This document shows, one piece after another, positions 61,903 through 64,000 of a stretch of DNA of 64,000 nt. The first letter of the stretch is position 1, and every line of letters begins with the position of its first letter. The DNA lies in the IMG/VR virus record IMGVR_UViG_3300047160_014550, positions 2,765 to 66,764 of that record, one strand, 5' to 3'. The notes under the pieces were generated by a model. That model had not been told where the DNA came from. It did not search any database and worked only from the letters and a program-made list of their open reading frames with translations. The position numbers and the translations under genes were made by a program. The DNA comes from a virus (lineage: Duplodnaviria; Caudoviricetes).

Positions 61903-62943
61903 GTGCCGCTTCCCGGTATAGGCGTCGCGCCGCCTGCAGGCGCATTGTATTCAGAGCTGACGGCAGTTACCCGTCGAGCATTTGTCCCCCGTCTTTTTGT
62001 GCAGATTTATTTCGCCTCGCCTAGCCTGTTCTACATGACCGGCAACGCGCAGCGCGCGGCCGGCGGGCTCAACCAAGTCACCATCCCGGCCCAGGGCCAG
62101 TCGATGGTGCAAGGACAGTTCACCAACTATGGGGGCGGGTTCAACTCGCCGGTCATCACGCCCGGCATTCAGAACCTGCAGTTCAATCTAGCCTACTGGG
62201 TCGTGCCTGTACCCCTACCGTTTGGAGAGTCAGTCCTCCAGGCGACCGACCGTGAGATTTCCGTTCTTAAGGCGCGGATGAACGACGTTTACGCGGTCAC
62301 GCGACAGAACATGGCCCGTCTTTTATATACCAACAATGCCGCCAATCCGACCTATCCAGACTCCTTCCAGAACGCCTTCGACGCCGGCACCAACTTCCCG
62401 ACCTACGGGGGTGTTAACCGCAACGTCGCCGGCAACTCGGCGTTCCAGGGGCAGTACATCAACCTCAACTCAGGGACGTTCTCGCAGGGCACCGCCGGCT
62501 TCACGCGGGCCGGCATGTCGAACCTGCTCTCCTACGTGACCGACAACGCGGGCGGCGAGGCGCCGACCTTCGTTGTGATGTCGCCCGGTGACTACGCCAC
62601 CTTGAACAACACCTTCCAGGCTATTGAAACGCAGTTCGTCAATCCGGGCGGCTCGTATTCGATGGATACCGAGGTCCGATCGTCCTTCCCGAATCTTGTC
62701 ATTGCGGGAATCCCGATCTTCGCCGACCACTTCTGTCCGAAGGGGAACGTATTCGGCGTCAACATAAAATACACCAGCTTCTACATGAGCGAGGACGCCG
62801 CCTTCGACTTCAGCGGGTTCTATTCTCTTGTTCCGTTGGGACAGATCGGCCAGCAGGGCGTCGTCGTGTGCGGTTACGACGTGCTCACCGCCAAGCCGTC
62901 CAGCGGATTCTGGGGCTACAACCTGCAGGGCGCGGCCTTCTGA
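61903..62943 (+). CDS. Major capsid protein
   Basis: 346 aa; AGGAG RBS; L...TRR..VP.L..Q.....P, YGG..R, GIPI..D..CP pattern of HK97-fold capsids. Confidence 0.85.
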   Translation: MPLPGIGVAPPAGALYSELTAVTRRAFVPRLFVQIYFASPSLFYMTGNAQRAAGGLNQVTIPAQGQSMVQGQFTNYGGGFNSPVITPGIQNLQFNLAYWVVPVPLPFGESVLQATDREISVLKARMNDVYAVTRQNMARLLYTNNAANPTYPDSFQNAFDAGTNFPTYGGVNRNVAGNSAFQGQYINLNSGTFSQGTAGFTRAGMSNLLSYVTDNAGGEAPTFVVMSPGDYATLNNTFQAIETQFVNPGGSYSMDTEVRSSFPNLVIAGIPIFADHFCPKGNVFGVNIKYTSFYMSEDAAFDFSGFYSLVPLGQIGQQGVVVCGYDVLTAKPSSGFWGYNLQGAAF

Positions 62944-62957
62944 TAGGAGTTTGTTAG

Positions 62958-64000
62958 ATGCCTGCCTTCATTTCCGGTCCCGGCGTCGGCCTTCCGATCC
63001 CGCAGAACCTTTATCCGACGTCCTTGTTCAACGCGCCGCAGGATTCGGCGAGCAACAAGCTCGCTCTGGCGCCGGGCGATGCCATCGTCATTCCGGCCGG
63101 CGACTGGTATCTTACAGGCGGCCAGTACTGCATTCTGCAGTATCTCGACCCCATCACCAACGTGTGGCAGATTCTTTCGACTTGCGCCTGGGAAGGCGGC
63201 CTCAAGCACATCTCGTCGGACGGGTTCAACTTCCGCATCGCCAACATGACCGGCTGTCCGGTGACGGCCTCGATTACGGCCTACGGGTCCAACTATGTGC
63301 AGGCAACGACGCAGATCACGCCGAACATCGGCACCTCGACGTGGCTGCCGATTATCGGCGGGCAGGTTACGGCTTCTGTTACGTCGGCTGGTGCCGGTTA
63401 TGCCCTGCCACCGTTGCTGATTCTTCCGCCGCCGCCGTCGGCGGCAGGAAATCCCAATGGAGTGGGTGGCATTCAGGCATCGGCGTCGGCTTGGCTGGCT
63501 GGCGGCACGATCTCGACGGTGTCGATCACCAATCCGGGCGCCGGCTATCCGTCGACATTCACGGTGACGGCTGTTGCGTCGCCGTTCGATCCTAACCTGA
63601 ACGCTGGAATTACGCTGGGCACGGTGGTGTTCTCGCCAACTGGAGCCGGCTCACTGACAGGCGTACTTTGCACCAATCCAGGCTCGGCTTTGGCAGCAGC
63701 TCAGATTGGCTCGCTGACTTTGACGGTATCAGGAGCTGGGACAGGCGCATCGGTCGTGCCCAACGTCATGCAGTCTATCGTGTCCTCCAGCGTGTCGGGT
63801 ACGGGAGCCGGCGGCGGTACGCAATCGGGCTCAACGAGTGGCGGCGTTCCGGCGCAGGGAACGATCACGAACAGTCCTGAATTTCTCTTTCTCGCGTTCC
63901 GACCGCGCCCAGCTATGATCACCTATCCGTCGCTGACAACCGGCGCGGTAGGATTTGTTATTGATGGCGGTTTGTTTATGTCAGCTCCTACTGTCGTGCA
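62958..64000 (+). CDS. Structural (decoration-like) protein with GxGY repeats, 3'-truncated
   Basis: AGGAG RBS; read by hand MPAFISGPGVGLP...SAGAGY...TNPGAGY...; absent from the ORF track, consistent with no stop before the window edge. Confidence 0.7.
   Translation, partial: MPAFISGPGVGLPIPQNLYPTSLFNAPQDSASNKLALAPGDAIVIPAGDWYLTGGQYCILQYLDPITNVWQILSTCAWEGGLKHISSDGFNFRIANMTGCPVTASITAYGSNYVQATTQITPNIGTSTWLPIIGGQVTASVTSAGAGYALPPLLILPPPPSAAGNPNGVGGIQASASAWLAGGTISTVSITNPGAGYPSTFTVTAVASPFDPNLNAGITLGTVVFSPTGAGSLTGVLCTNPGSALAAAQIGSLTLTVSGAGTGASVVPNVMQSIVSSSVSGTGAGGGTQSGSTSGGVPAQGTITNSPEFLFLAFRPRPAMITYPSLTTGAVGFVIDGGLFMSAPTVV

Noticed and set aside
1-64000. Integrase, RNA polymerase, tape measure and rRNA genes
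   Set aside because: No matching motifs were seen in this window; lifestyle cannot be decided because part of the genome lies outside it

Overview
Most of a GC-rich tailed dsDNA bacteriophage genome with a podovirus-like layout and no tape-measure or tail-tube gene seen. An alphaproteobacterial (Rhizobiales-like) host is inferred from gene content and is not proven. Order: 1-25 kb fibre/adhesin-like, head-tail adaptor, nozzle, ejection and lysis genes (+); 25.7-34.4 kb replication operon (-) with an SSB-like gene, SNF2 helicase containing an intein, VRR-NUC, PD-(D/E)XK exonuclease, family A polymerase and HTH regulators; 34.6-37.8 kb primase-polymerase/helicase (+); 37.9-45.1 kb early region (-) punctuated by a repeated hairpin cassette; 45.2-47.8 kb largely non-coding and repeat-rich (origin or genome-end candidate); 48-53.5 kb glycan-synthesis island; 54.4-64 kb twin structured RNAs, terminase, portal, scaffold, major capsid and a truncated decoration-like gene. 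Main observations: (1) a 278-aa intein whose interior is not an endonuclease in its own frame but hides a complete HNH gene, with its own RBS, on the opposite strand; a second inverted HNH also lies under an open sense-strand frame; (2) the octamer GTCTTTTA/TAAAAGAC occurs at least 24 times genome-wide; (3) two homologous structured RNAs flank a KTSC-domain gene just before the terminase; (4) several fibre-like proteins carry Sec/Tat-type signal peptides, one with Cys-pair repeats, plus a PEP-CTERM-like protein; (5) about 8 conserved-flank, variable-stem hairpins precede early genes. All product calls come from motif recognition by eye; no database searches were run.
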